A program made the translations under genes and the position numbers. Positions 34,992 to 47,263 of a stretch of 64,000 nt of DNA are shown here, piece after piece. The stretch's first letter is position 1. Every line of letters starts with the position of its first letter. The stretch covers positions 1,984,001-2,048,000 of the forward strand of contig SMSO01000025.1 in the NCBI GenBank assembly GCA_004764695.1, read 5' to 3'. A model generated the notes under the pieces. It was not told where the DNA came from, searched no databases, and worked only from the letters and a program-made list of their open reading frames with translations. The DNA comes from Schizochytrium sp. TIO01. Taxonomy: Eukaryota; Protista; Bigyra: Labyrinthulomycetes.

Positions 34992-36734
34992 TTATAGCTT
35001 GGCGTCAGCAGGCTTTGGTTCGTCATCTTCAGCACGGGTAAGCCAACCAAATTCTTGCTTCTTACGACCACTGAAGCGGTCAATAATGATATTGATAATG
35101 CAAGGACGCGGATGAGCCACGGCCTCACGAAGAGCAGGCTGAATGTCATCCGGAGACTCAACGTAGAATCCCTTTCCGCCGAATGCAGTGATGATTCGTT
35201 CATAGCGCGCTTCATCCTTATCAGAGAGACTAGTGACTGGGACACCTCCCTTCGCGCGTTCCTCCGGTGTGTTTCCGGAAATAGGAACACCAACTCCGAT
35301 ACCACTATTGTTGATGATGATGAATGTGATGTTGTTGAGGTTGTAGCGACACGCGGTTTCTACCTCCATTCCGGAGAAGCCGAATGCCGAGTCGCCTTCA
35401 ATACAGAATACCTGCTTTTGAGGGAAGTGGATTGCTGCAGCAAGAGCAAAGCCAAGACCAACACCCATTGTGCCATAGGTGCCTGCATCAAGACGGTGCT
35501 TGGGAAGGTAGTTCTCGAGAATTGTGCGGCCAATATCAAGAGTGTTGGCTCCTTCTGTACTGATAATTGTATCCCTGTAGCCATTTGCAAGGAATTTCTG
35601 TATCTCGCTGAAGGCGACATAGTAGTTCATAGGCGAAGAGCGGTCGCTGGCAAGGTCAAGGCTAGCCTGTTTGTTCTTTGAGACCTTTTCATCAAGAAGC
35701 TTCCACCAAGCATTGGACGAGCGCTGAAGAGGCTGAATCTTTTGCTTTTGGGCCGCATCGGTGAGCTGCTCCAACACTGCCGATGCTTGTCCGCAAAGCG
35801 TAGCAGCAGGTGCAACATTGTCTCCAAAGACTTCGGGACAAACGTCGATTTGGATGATTTTCACATCTTTGCGAAAGCGCGGGGGCAGACCAAAATGGAG
35901 AATCCAATTCAGACGTGCACAACAAAGGACAACTACATCAGCTGACTTGAGTGCTGTTGAACGGCCTGGTGCGATTGAGTTAGGGTGGTCATCGGGGATA
36001 CATCCCTTTCCCATTGGAGTGGCAAGGTAAGGGAGATTAAGAACCTCAACAAGGCGCTGGGCTTGATCACCGCCGTTTCCATATGCACAACCTTTTCCTA
36101 CAATGACCAACGGGCGTTCTGCAGCTCTCAAGAGTTCACAAGCCTTGCGAATCTCAGAGGGGTCTGCCAATGACACTGGCGGGGGAAGGGCTCGGGGAAC
36201 ATACTCCAGTAATTTCTCGTTGGGTGCCTTGTTCACAAAATTGCCCGGTAGATCAAGGTAGACAGCACCAGGGCGACCATAGGTGGCCATGCGAATTGCC
36301 TTTTCGATGTAGAAAGGAACTCGCTCGAGGCTGTCAAATTGCGCAGCGTATTTGACATACGGGCGTGCGAACTCGACCTGGGGAGACTCTTGGAAAGCTC
36401 CACGAGAATTGAGCATCTGATCACTTGCACCACCAATGACAATCATCGGCCAACAATTCTCCTGTGCATTTGCAAGGCCTGCAAGAGCGTGCACCACGCC
36501 AGGTCCAGAAACAACAAGGCACACGCCAGGGGTTCCTGTCATGTATCCGATTGCCCCGGCAGCATAGGCAGCAGCTTGTTCATTTCTGCACCCCACAAAA
36601 TTAATCCCTGCTTCTTGAATTGCTCCTCCAAGTTCAATTACCGGGACGCCAACGATGCCAAAGACATATTCTACACCTTGGTCTTTAAGCGCTTTGGCAA
36701 TTACCTTGGCTCCAAGTCCTGCTCCCACCGACAT
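34992..36734 (-). CDS. HACL1: 2-hydroxyacyl-CoA lyase (TPP-dependent, peroxisomal alpha-oxidation)
   Basis: VFGIVGVPV, RNEQAA, GPGVVHAL, GAFQE, TPMGKG, ARLNWILHFG, EGANTLDIGR, RLDAGTYGTMGVG, TPP motif GDSAFGFSGMEVET...NN; C-terminal AKL is a PTS1. Confidence 0.95.
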   Translation of the reverse strand: MSVGAGLGAKVIAKALKDQGVEYVFGIVGVPVIELGGAIQEAGINFVGCRNEQAAAYAAGAIGYMTGTPGVCLVVSGPGVVHALAGLANAQENCWPMIVIGGASDQMLNSRGAFQESPQVEFARPYVKYAAQFDSLERVPFYIEKAIRMATYGRPGAVYLDLPGNFVNKAPNEKLLEYVPRALPPPVSLADPSEIRKACELLRAAERPLVIVGKGCAYGNGGDQAQRLVEVLNLPYLATPMGKGCIPDDHPNSIAPGRSTALKSADVVVLCCARLNWILHFGLPPRFRKDVKIIQIDVCPEVFGDNVAPAATLCGQASAVLEQLTDAAQKQKIQPLQRSSNAWWKLLDEKVSKNKQASLDLASDRSSPMNYYVAFSEIQKFLANGYRDTIISTEGANTLDIGRTILENYLPKHRLDAGTYGTMGVGLGFALAAAIHFPQKQVFCIEGDSAFGFSGMEVETACRYNLNNITFIIINNSGIGVGVPISGNTPEERAKGGVPVTSLSDKDEARYERIITAFGGKGFYVESPDDIQPALREAVAHPRPCIINIIIDRFSGRKKQEFGWLTRAEDDEPKPADAKL

Positions 36735-38121
36735 CTTCCAAGTTTATTCAAGCAATACCTTCTATGCTCAGCCCCTGTATCAACAAATCCTAGCTGTTCC
36801 CTTCAAGTTCGGGGTTTGCTTTCTCTCCAACCTCTTGATCTGTCTTCGACAACACATCAACAAACTAAATTTATAACTACATCGTTATCAGTCCCATCTC
36901 CATCCCTACTTTAAATACATGCATGTATGCATGCTGTAAGTACGTAAGTAAGTAAGTAAATGAGCAGTGATGACTGTCGATGGCGTATCAGATCACTGTC
37001 AATTGACCGAGACGAGTAAGAACGGGACCGGCCCAGTCCGACGGGTTTCTTTTCAACCGCATCTTTTTGTTCCAAGTCGAAGCTGTTACCTATATCTCTA
37101 GCTAGTCCTAGCGCCATATGATCCGTATTGCAGGGCTTTGACGGCGGACTTGTTTCGACTGGCAGATCCCTCGTCTGTTTGGGACTAGTATTTGTAAATA
37201 CTAGTCACCTGGCCAACCCATCTCATCTTGATAAAGAATGGTGTATCAAGGTTGAATTAGATCAAAGTGTCTTGAAAAATGAATTCTAGTGCAGACTTAA
37301 ATCTTTTGAAGATAGACACTGAAAAGACGAGTCCGACCAAACTAGATTTCAGATTTCAAGCTTCACTGAAAGATTTTCATTTCACGATTTCGGATCGCGG
37401 CTTCCCCGTTTTGGTCTCCCGTCCCTCCTCTTCTCTTTTCGTGCATAAGAAAACTACATGGTACAGTATCTATACCGGCAAGTTAAACATGCCTCCATTT
37501 CTAGCTTTGTGGTCCCAAGGTATTGGATGTCATGATGCTGTGGTAAGGATGGAAATGGTAGTATCATAATATCATTGTCTTCTCAGATGGCACAACATAC
37601 TCGTCACGGTGGCTTTTGCCATCTGAACATCATTATGTGGTGATATTAAAACGTGCAGAAGCTTTGAGAGGTTGGTGCAAAATTCATAATGTTTTGGATC
37701 TAGATATTATCGCTCGGTTGATCTACAGCTGAATAAAACACTGATAACTTCAAGTTCAAGAATGAGTGTCAAAAATATAGGGGGTGGTTTTGAGCAGAAT
37801 ATTCAGATTAGATTTCTCCAGATAGAGATACTATTCAATTCATAAAAATGCCTAGTGTGCGAAGGCATGATGACTAACGTTGAGGAACTTTAGGGAGGAT
37901 GGGGAGCAGCACAAATGAGATGATGCCCAAGGCTGAAATAAAGATGGAAGCGTGCACATACACGGCCGGCCCAGCACATCTAATAGCTGAGACTTGCTGC
38001 ATAGAGGTGCGAACAATGACGAAGTACGAGAAGATAGGAGAGAGTGATCTCTTAGGTCAAAGATGGAAAATCAAAACAGCGCGTAAAGAGTTTGTTTATG
38101 TGGAAAGAGGTAGGTATATAA

Positions 38122-39504
<1,383 letters not shown>

Positions 39505-40881
39505 TTATCTAATTCTTACAACTTCGTCAATCTCAATGAACAGCACCAGGATCAAGCTGAGCTCCCTACGCTTGCTTTCTTCGGTCTGGACTGGCCTGGC
39601 TGGAGTTGGGTTTTTGCTGCGCCTCGAGTGATTCTGCTCAGTCCATGAAAAGCACTTTAAAGTAAGCTGCTGCTTTGTAAAATAAAAGCATTGTTCTCTC
39701 TTCTTCTTCTTCTTCTTCTATTTCTTTCTTTTCAATTCAACACAATCGCCAGTATCTTAGCAAAATCCATAACCACTCCTACATATAGTCAGTTTTATTT
39801 AAATTATCTTATTTTTTGATCTCCGTCTGTTGCTCGATTGCGCTCTTGATTGGATGCTATTGCGCGCATAGCGTTTACAATAATACCCATCTCGCACCGT
39901 CTGTTCTCTCTGCCTCTTGCGATAAAGCTTCAGTGATCGGGGTCAATCAATCAACTTTCCATTTTAAAGAAACAACTTTCAAACGAAAAAGCTTCGCAAA
40001 GGATTTAAAAATTCACTCATTTTGCTCAGACTGACTGACTGACTTCTGGAGCTGTAGCATAGTACCGAGTCTTAGGCAAAGCCGTTCGGACTGCCCATGA
40101 ACATGGAGCAGAGACCTCTGAGAACCTTCGCGTTTTCAGTGCTCTTGGATTTCCACATGTCTGCCAGGATGACCTTTTTGATCTTTATCCCTTTTATCTT
40201 TCAAAAACTTACTGTGCCTTTCAAAGTCTCCCGCGGCCGCTCTCGAGACCGCTTCCAACTATGCCCCACTGAAGAATTTCCCTCTCACATCCCCACTGGC
40301 AGTTCTTCCACAGTGTTGAAGGCACACCCTCTCGACTCGGGTAAACCTCACACAGGGTCATAAAAGTCTAGTCCACGACTCGGAGTAACTATGTAATAAA
40401 TCCCCGGCCACGTTAAGGAAATTGGCCAGGCGCACAGTTTCGAATACACCTTAATCCAGGATAACTCTCCAAACTCTCCTTAAGGTATTCTGCGCCAAAG
40501 GTGTAGGTGTAGGGGCGAGTAAGGTAGGTGCACAGAAACGGGTACGAGCGTAGCGCCCAACATTTCTTTGAGAGCCGTCTCCGTCGTACTTATTTGATTA
40601 GCATGCATACATACATACATACATTCATACATTCATACATTCACTTCCTTCTCGATTTAGTTTTAAACAATGGAAAAGACAGTCAGTCAGTCAGTAACAG
40701 TTAGAACAGTTAGAACAGTTTTGGTTGAATGAGCTTCGATCGAAAGGGTAGAAACGCAAATGCGTCAGAGGGGAAGGCTCAAGACTTGGCGATGGCCTGT
40801 CTGTTCTTGAGGAGAGCGAGCTCTGAGACCGCTGCCGATCGCTTGGTTCGAGCGACGATGAGTCGGAATGCAGCAGAGCAG

Positions 40882-40917
40882 CGAGAATCGAGAATCGAGA
40901 ATCGAGAATCGAGAATC
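40882..40917. repeat. (CGAGAAT)5 heptamer repeat
   Basis: Direct tandem run. Confidence 0.9.
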
Positions 40918-41175
40918 AGTCGAGAGTGAATGGAAGAATGAGTGAATGATGGATGCTGCAAAGCAGCGCCTCTCAGAGCTAGCTGTGCGTGCTTTGTGCA
41001 GCGTGGTTTTGTTTTGCTTCCTCTCAACGAAGGTATGCGGTGATCGCAGGAAGAAGGGAGGGGCCTGCCTGCCTAGGCCGACCATGACTGCGCGAAACGA
41101 AGCAACGAACAGCAGAGCGTTATTCTGTTGCATTCTCATTTCGGTTTTCACTTTTCATCTTCAAAAGTCAAAGGT

Positions 41176-41248
41176 TGAATTTTAAATTTTTGAATTCTGA
41201 ATTTTGAATTTTGAATTTTGAATTTTGAATTTTGAATTTTGAATTTTG
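41176..41248. repeat. (GAATTTT)n heptamer repeat, ~10 imperfect copies
   Basis: Direct tandem run gaattttgaatttt... Confidence 0.9.
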
Positions 41249-41767
41249 GAACAATAAATAAATGAAGTTAAACAAAAGCAGTCCTTAGTTAGTTCCGAAC
41301 AGCCGCAGACTACAGAAGAGAGAAGAGGGGAAAGAAATATCTTTTCGAGACACGCCTTCTTCAGCAGAGATTCTGACACTGCCGCGAGCCTCGCACTGCG
41401 CAAACGCGAAGGCACGCGGCCTCGGTGCGGCCGCGAAGTTGCAGCGAGCAGGCCGAAGAAGAATAATACCCTGAGGAGGAGGAGGAGGAGGAGGAGGGAG
41501 TCCATTTCGAGGGAGGCGCGACATGAGAACAAACAATATCGTGGGCTTTGAGCTTGAATTGGTCGAAATTCGAAATCCGTGCCGAGTCCAAATCCGCTCG
41601 TACGGAGAATGAGCTCGGGCGCGACGCGGTGGCCCGGAGCACCTCGAACGCGATGCACGCCCCGTGGACCATCGGGCGCCAGCTTCCAGCCAGCGCAGCC
41701 AGAGGCGTCAAGCCGCGTCGCGGACCGTGGCCTCCATTCGAGCTCGCCGCTTGCCGCCTCTCTGCCC

Positions 41768-41846
41768 ATGTATGCATGTATGTATGTATGTATGTATGTA
41801 TGTATGTATGTATGTATGTATGTATGTATGTATGTATGTATGTATG
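41768..41846. repeat. (TATG)n microsatellite
   Basis: Tandem tetranucleotide run, ~19 copies. Confidence 0.95.
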
Positions 41847-42299
41847 CGTACCATGCGTATGATATGATGTGGTGGTCCCATGCTCGAGCGGAGACTTGGC
41901 CGGCGTACCGTCTCGCCCGTGCGCAGGCCTGGCGCCGGAGAGTGGCACGCGGGAGTGCTCCCAAAGCCTCGTGGCGGGAGCGAGGTCGGCATTCGGGTCC
42001 GCCGCGGGATAGTTCCTGGCCGGCATGGAGCGTCGAGAGTCCGCGCCGAGAGACGGTTGGGCTCTCGAGCTTCTGTTCCGCTGGAAACAACATGGAATTT
42101 GATGGGGTGAAGAGACGTCAGAAGTCGAGAGTGAGTGAGTGAGAGAGAGTGAGAGAGCGAGAGAGTGAGCTGTGGCCGCTGGCCGACGCAAGCGGCTACC
42201 TACCACCTAGTGCAACGATTGGTTGAACCGTAAAACCGATGTACTGCGGAAAAAGCGCAGATTAGATCAACTTGGAGTCAGTCAGCTAACTCTCTCTTC

Positions 42300-43600
42300 C
42301 TTTTGACTAGGCGTGATCCAAGGCTTCATCTTGGCTCCCCAGGGCTGTCTGGGACTTGGTGAGTCGAGGAAATACCGCTGGTAAAAAGTGGCAGAGAGCG
42401 AGATCATTGACGCTCTTTTGGTAGTATCTGGCAGCTCGCAAGCTACTGGTAGGCATTGCTACTGGTAGGCATTGTTATAGGTACTGCTAGCGTGTGCTCG
42501 ATATGATTGATATTCGGTAAAATATGAAGCACGTGGAGTTGGGTCGATTTCTCAAATGAAACTTTGTAGTTGCGATGCTGTGGAATTGTATCTGTGCACG
42601 CTCGTCCTTTTTCTTAATCAATTTGCTGACTATGATGATGCTCATCTTCTCATGAATTTGCAGGAGCTCTTACTACCGACAGAAAGATCTAGAGCTAGCC
42701 TACTAGTACGTAGTAGGCTTTAACTAGAGCTGTGGGGGTGAAGGCGTTAACAATGCTGCTGATGTGCTTTTCCGATTAGAAATCGAAGTTGAATTCCTGA
42801 TAATTCTGTGGAATGAGTAGGGAGCTGAATTTGATTCTGACGGCATCTTTGAGGAGTTGGTTAAGAACCAGCCTGTGATCATGCACTATCTAGAATCAAT
42901 AGCTATTAAGTAATCATGGTAGTAGGTACCTACATAGAAAAGGGTGGCTTGATTGATTCTTTATAAGAGTCCCCATCTGAATTCTTCAGGGATCACTCAA
43001 CGTCTAGGAAAACCCAGAGTCATGGAGCACTCATGCCTAGGAGGCATATTATTAACTACCTATAGGTACTACCCTATAGGGTAAGCTACGTCTGTGTCGG
43101 AGAGTGCGATGATGATTAGTGCGTTTTTTAAAGCAAAACCCGTGAGACCGATGGTGAACATTGTGCTCACTATAACTTAATTACCAGCGTCGGTGGACCA
43201 ATACTGGGATTTAAGTGTCTACAATGATAGCAGCCGATACTTTTTTAATTGCTTGAAAGTGAGGACTTCCAACTCTTGTTGCTGGTCCGTGAAATCTCAA
43301 TGGAGAGTTATATAAATGATGACGGCGGGGTATGGGCGGCAAACCAAATAATTGATTAGGTGATTCCCTGTTTGACTGGGATTGAATATATCATCGAGCC
43401 GGCGCACTGATGGTCACGAAAGACTGTATATTTAGGTGGGTTTATGTTGAAGTAATATCTGAATGCTAAGCACCCGGAAGGTCTACTTGATACTAGAAGA
43501 TGTGGAAGTAGTATAAAATGCGCTACCGGTCTGTTTCTTATGCGAGCTTGGGAGCCCGAGAAGTCTTAGAAATATGGTGTAGAAATAGCAGGTTGTTCTT
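42300..43600 (+). mobile_element. Degenerate Ty3/gypsy LTR-retrotransposon pol relic (RT end - RNase H - integrase)
   Basis: GFILAPQG (~42322); RNase H end KI*S*..GFN*..EGVNNAADVLFR (42740-42775; cf. GxxNxxADxLSR); integrase PVRPMVNIVLTIT*LPASVDQYWDLSVYNDSSRYF (43139-43243; cf. PxxPxxxIxxDFITxLPxSxxGYxxILVxVDxFSRY), GYG, GIEY..PAH/TDGHER (43378-43423; cf. HPQTDGQxER), ATG. RT-RH-IN order is the gypsy order. Confidence 0.65.
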
Positions 43601-44689
43601 CAAAGGAACTCGGGATTAAAATAGGGAACGACAATGAACAAGCGAATCACAGAATGAGTTACGAAATAAATAGCTTACTACATGCTTCAATTTAAATATG
43701 TAGATATATGTAAAAATGGAGATTGAAATCCCTAGAAGTTGTAGACAAACCTGAGCTTTAGCAAGCTGCGAGAATAATTTAAAATGCTGCGGATGTAATG
43801 CAATAGAAAGTTGACCGTAGCGGAGCTAAATTTAACGTTTATTTCCTGTGTTAGCTTGCTAGTATTGTTCACAGCTAAATTTCAAAACGCTAAAAACGAC
43901 GAATCTCAGTTAGAATTGATATGATCATAGTTCCCGCCCATTGCGTTTGCAAAAGAAATCCAATTTCATACTCGTGACATTTCATGTATATTGACAGGAT
44001 ATGCATGAAGGGGCCGTCGGATTTCAACGCGTCAGGGTTGGTGATAAATTCAGTTCACATTAGTCTAGTTCATGCATGGCTCCTAGCGCCAAATTGGGAT
44101 TGATCATTTTTTCTGACCTTTCAATTAAAGTTGATTTACCCCCTATATGGTAGATGATACATTTTCCCGCATCTTAAGTTTTGGAAAATTTATATTATTA
44201 TCTCTACTACTCCTGAATCAACCTTGTTGTCTTCGCTTTCAATTTTAATATGTAATATGTATTATCATACTAACTTTTAGTACGTAGCAGGTGTTTTTAG
44301 CTTTGTAGCCCGCTTCCCTGTAGACATGTTGCACAGCACCGCTCCATTTAAAAATTGACCCTGCACTTTTCCCATTCAGATAATGAGGTTGTTTCTTCAT
44401 GTTATATGGTACTAGTCTTGAGGATAACGTTCGTCAACAGCAAAATCCCTTCTGCTGGTATTTTATACCTCACAAAGGTCCCTTGATGTTCTTGATTATA
44501 AATAGGCAATCACTTGAATGATTTTATTTGCACTACCACTGATCTACTCGTTATTATAGGGTTTGCTGACACCTTCTACTGAGTTGTCAAAAGAGAGAAA
44601 GATAAGCGAGACAATCAAAGCGAGCTCAGCCGCGCCACTTCAACCCAAACTCTTTCGCTTGCGCTCCGTTCATTTCTTGTTCTCTCATA

Positions 44690-45685
44690 ATGGAGGACGA
44701 CACACGCGGCGCCGTCGCCGAGGATCTCTCCGGCGGCCTTTCTACCGATTCAAGTGGCGGTCTGGTGACCGTGGTCATAGATCTCAACGAGGCTGTCTGG
44801 GCCTCCGTTTCTAGCCGTCATGCCTCTGCTCTGGCCTTGGATCCTGCTAGTTCAAAGTCCTCTGCTCTCCCCGATGGCACGACAGCTTCATCCTCACCAG
44901 ACGCCATCTCTTTGCAGTCTGCTCTGAGCTGCGTCAGTGTTTTCCTCAACGCTGTGCTGCTGATGGACCGCGAGAGCGAAGTTTGCGTCGTGGCCGAGTG
45001 TCCTGACGGCACCGCTCACGTTCTCTGTCGTGGTGAAACTGATGTCGGTCCTGCGCTTGAGTCGGGTCTTCGTTCTGTGTCATCTTCTGCGTCAACCCCA
45101 CGAAGCTCGCAGAGTTCGGGATTGTCCGCTGCGCTCTCTGTCGCACTGAGCTCAACAAATCGCGCCATGGTGGACCACAGGTCTCGTTTTGGAGTGGATC
45201 CTAAAGCTAGAATTCTTATTGTACAGGTTACGCCTGATGACCCAAGTCAATACATTGCATCCATGAATACCGCCTTCGCAGCACAGAAGCTTGGTGTGCT
45301 CATCGACGTGGTTGATCTGAGCCCAGAGCCGTCCAAAATTCTACAGCAGGTCTCGCACTTGTCAAGAGGTATCACGCAGAGGTTTGAGGCCTTGACGGCG
45401 GCAGCGTTGACCGAACACTTGCTCACAGTATACTTGCCAGATGCGGATACAAGAAAATTGTTACGGCTGCCTCCGCAAGCGGCGATTATTTTGCAGGCAG
45501 CATGTTTTTGCTGCGGGAAGCTGAGAGATAGGGGTTGGGTTTGCTCAGTGTGCCTGTCAGTGTGGTGCAAAGACCCACGGTTGAAGAGCTTTCGGGCAGA
45601 GCTCATTCCAGGCGTGCAGGGTAGTCAGAGCACCTGCCCTACATGCCACACTCGTATTAATAAGCCTGTAAACATGGAATCATGA
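44690..45685 (+). CDS. TFB4: TFIIH subunit p34 / Tfb4
   Basis: vWA-like core (VVIDLN..W, VFLNA, LSAALSVAL, ARILIV..D...QYIASMN..FAAQK...ID, LQQ) plus C-terminal AACFCC...GWVCSVCLSVWC...CPTC zinc finger. Confidence 0.93.
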   Translation: MEDDTRGAVAEDLSGGLSTDSSGGLVTVVIDLNEAVWASVSSRHASALALDPASSKSSALPDGTTASSSPDAISLQSALSCVSVFLNAVLLMDRESEVCVVAECPDGTAHVLCRGETDVGPALESGLRSVSSSASTPRSSQSSGLSAALSVALSSTNRAMVDHRSRFGVDPKARILIVQVTPDDPSQYIASMNTAFAAQKLGVLIDVVDLSPEPSKILQQVSHLSRGITQRFEALTAAALTEHLLTVYLPDADTRKLLRLPPQAAIILQAACFCCGKLRDRGWVCSVCLSVWCKDPRLKSFRAELIPGVQGSQSTCPTCHTRINKPVNMES

Positions 45686-46387
45686 ATCCGAAATCACTTC
45701 TCACTTCTTTAATAAAAACATATTTTTCTCGCATCTAAATGCCTCTGTATTGCCACGTAACTCTTCAATCCCAAAGGAGGGGATCCTACTTGTGATAAAA
45801 TCTACTCTATATATATTAGTCGCAGTAGTTCCATCACATTAGCACTAAGTATTGAAGTCTCGTGCTGACCTATGAAAGTAGGCAATTGGCTCACTACATG
45901 GTTAGTATCGCTGAAAATCTTTAGCTAGATAAACGTGAAAGGACTAGCACCTTCACGAGCCATATCAACAGTAGCGAATGTTTGTTCTAAAAATATATAG
46001 CAGGAAAGGAAATTGGCGAATTTGATAATCAATTAGGTAATACGAAGGATCTTGTAATAAGAATAGATTGACGAACCCCAGTGGCGAGGCTAGAAACGAA
46101 CATGGTCAGAAGCGCTTGTACAGCTGCATTGGAAAATGGATAAAGGGTAAAATATAGAGAAACGCAAAGCTCGAGCTCAGGAAACTGGAACAGGAGAAAC
46201 CTATCTATAAGGAAACGTGGGATGAAGCCCCCAATGATACCCAAATTTTCAAGTGTGGGAAAACGCATTCGCGATTTACAAGGGTAGGAGACAGCAATTT
46301 GCAGCTCACCAGTCTGGGGTATGGACCATAGCGGCGCAAACAGACAGACATAGATAATCAGCTAGGACCAATGCAGTCCATGGTCTC

Positions 46388-47263
46388 TTAAACCCGGCGC
46401 GTGTCTCTGAGCTGTGATGCGTTGTAGATCGAGAGGGCCTGCGAGGTCTTGCTGATCGTCAAACCCTTTTCATCCATGTCCTTAATAAACTGGTCTCCAG
46501 CATCCTCAAATCCAGTTACTGGACTCATACCGTCCTCAAGGAGAACAAGTTTGTCAAGCTTGTTCGAGTCCCAGTTTTCTACCAAATCGCGAACAGTAAA
46601 GTTGACACAGTGTGACTTAGCTTGGCCACATACAAGAACCTTGTCATGGAGCTGAAGTTGCTTTACAAGAGCTTCATTCAGGCAAGTATTCTTGTCACTG
46701 TCGCGGATAACCTCGGCGCGAATTGCAGAGTAGTGTTCCGTGTAGCTGTTGTTTCCTTTAAAAACGTACTGCACGCATGAGTTCTTGTATGTCTCCCACT
46801 TCTCAAGGGCCTCGCGAATAATTTTGCGTACTGCATGGCCCTCGCTGCCAATTAGACAGTGCTCAGGCCAGATAGTCAAAGTAAACCGACCCTGAGATTC
46901 CAATGCACCAACATACTTGCGGACCCATTGGTCAAGGCCGTCTTCTTTACGAGCTGGCCGCCACAGACCCTTTTCGATGTCTTCGAGGGTGATGTTTGTA
47001 AAGGGGGACGGGTGCTGGCCGTCTATATTGACCCAAAAGTTGCCATGAGCAATGTGGTACTTCATATGGGTGTCGAGTGTCACATAAATCTCGTTAATCT
47101 GGTCGAGATGGGTTTCAATCATGTGCGCAATCCGGGAAGCGTCGCGGTCTGCCGAAGGGATACCCAGACTGCCACCAGGGTGAAAGTCATTTTGAGGGTC
47201 AATGATCAAAAGGCATGTGCCTCCGCGGGAGGTCGGGATGTTTCGTTCGTAAACGTAAGGCAT
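46388..47263 (-). CDS. Nicotinamidase/pyrazinamidase (isochorismatase-like cysteine hydrolase)
   Basis: LLIIDPQNDF, metal ligands LDTH and WPEHC, FKG lysine, EHYS, catalytic GQAKSHCV. First ATG at 47263 (291 aa). Confidence 0.88.
   Translation of the reverse strand: MPYVYERNIPTSRGGTCLLIIDPQNDFHPGGSLGIPSADRDASRIAHMIETHLDQINEIYVTLDTHMKYHIAHGNFWVNIDGQHPSPFTNITLEDIEKGLWRPARKEDGLDQWVRKYVGALESQGRFTLTIWPEHCLIGSEGHAVRKIIREALEKWETYKNSCVQYVFKGNNSYTEHYSAIRAEVIRDSDKNTCLNEALVKQLQLHDKVLVCGQAKSHCVNFTVRDLVENWDSNKLDKLVLLEDGMSPVTGFEDAGDQFIKDMDEKGLTISKTSQALSIYNASQLRDTRRV

Noticed and set aside
37450-37730. Weak ankyrin-like fragments (HDAVVR, CHLNII)
   Set aside because: Too degenerate to call.
41182-42206. 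303-aa and 281-aa ORFs in a GC-rich stretch
   Set aside because: They run through (TATG)n and other SSRs, all frames are open and no domain is recognisable; likely non-coding GC-rich DNA.
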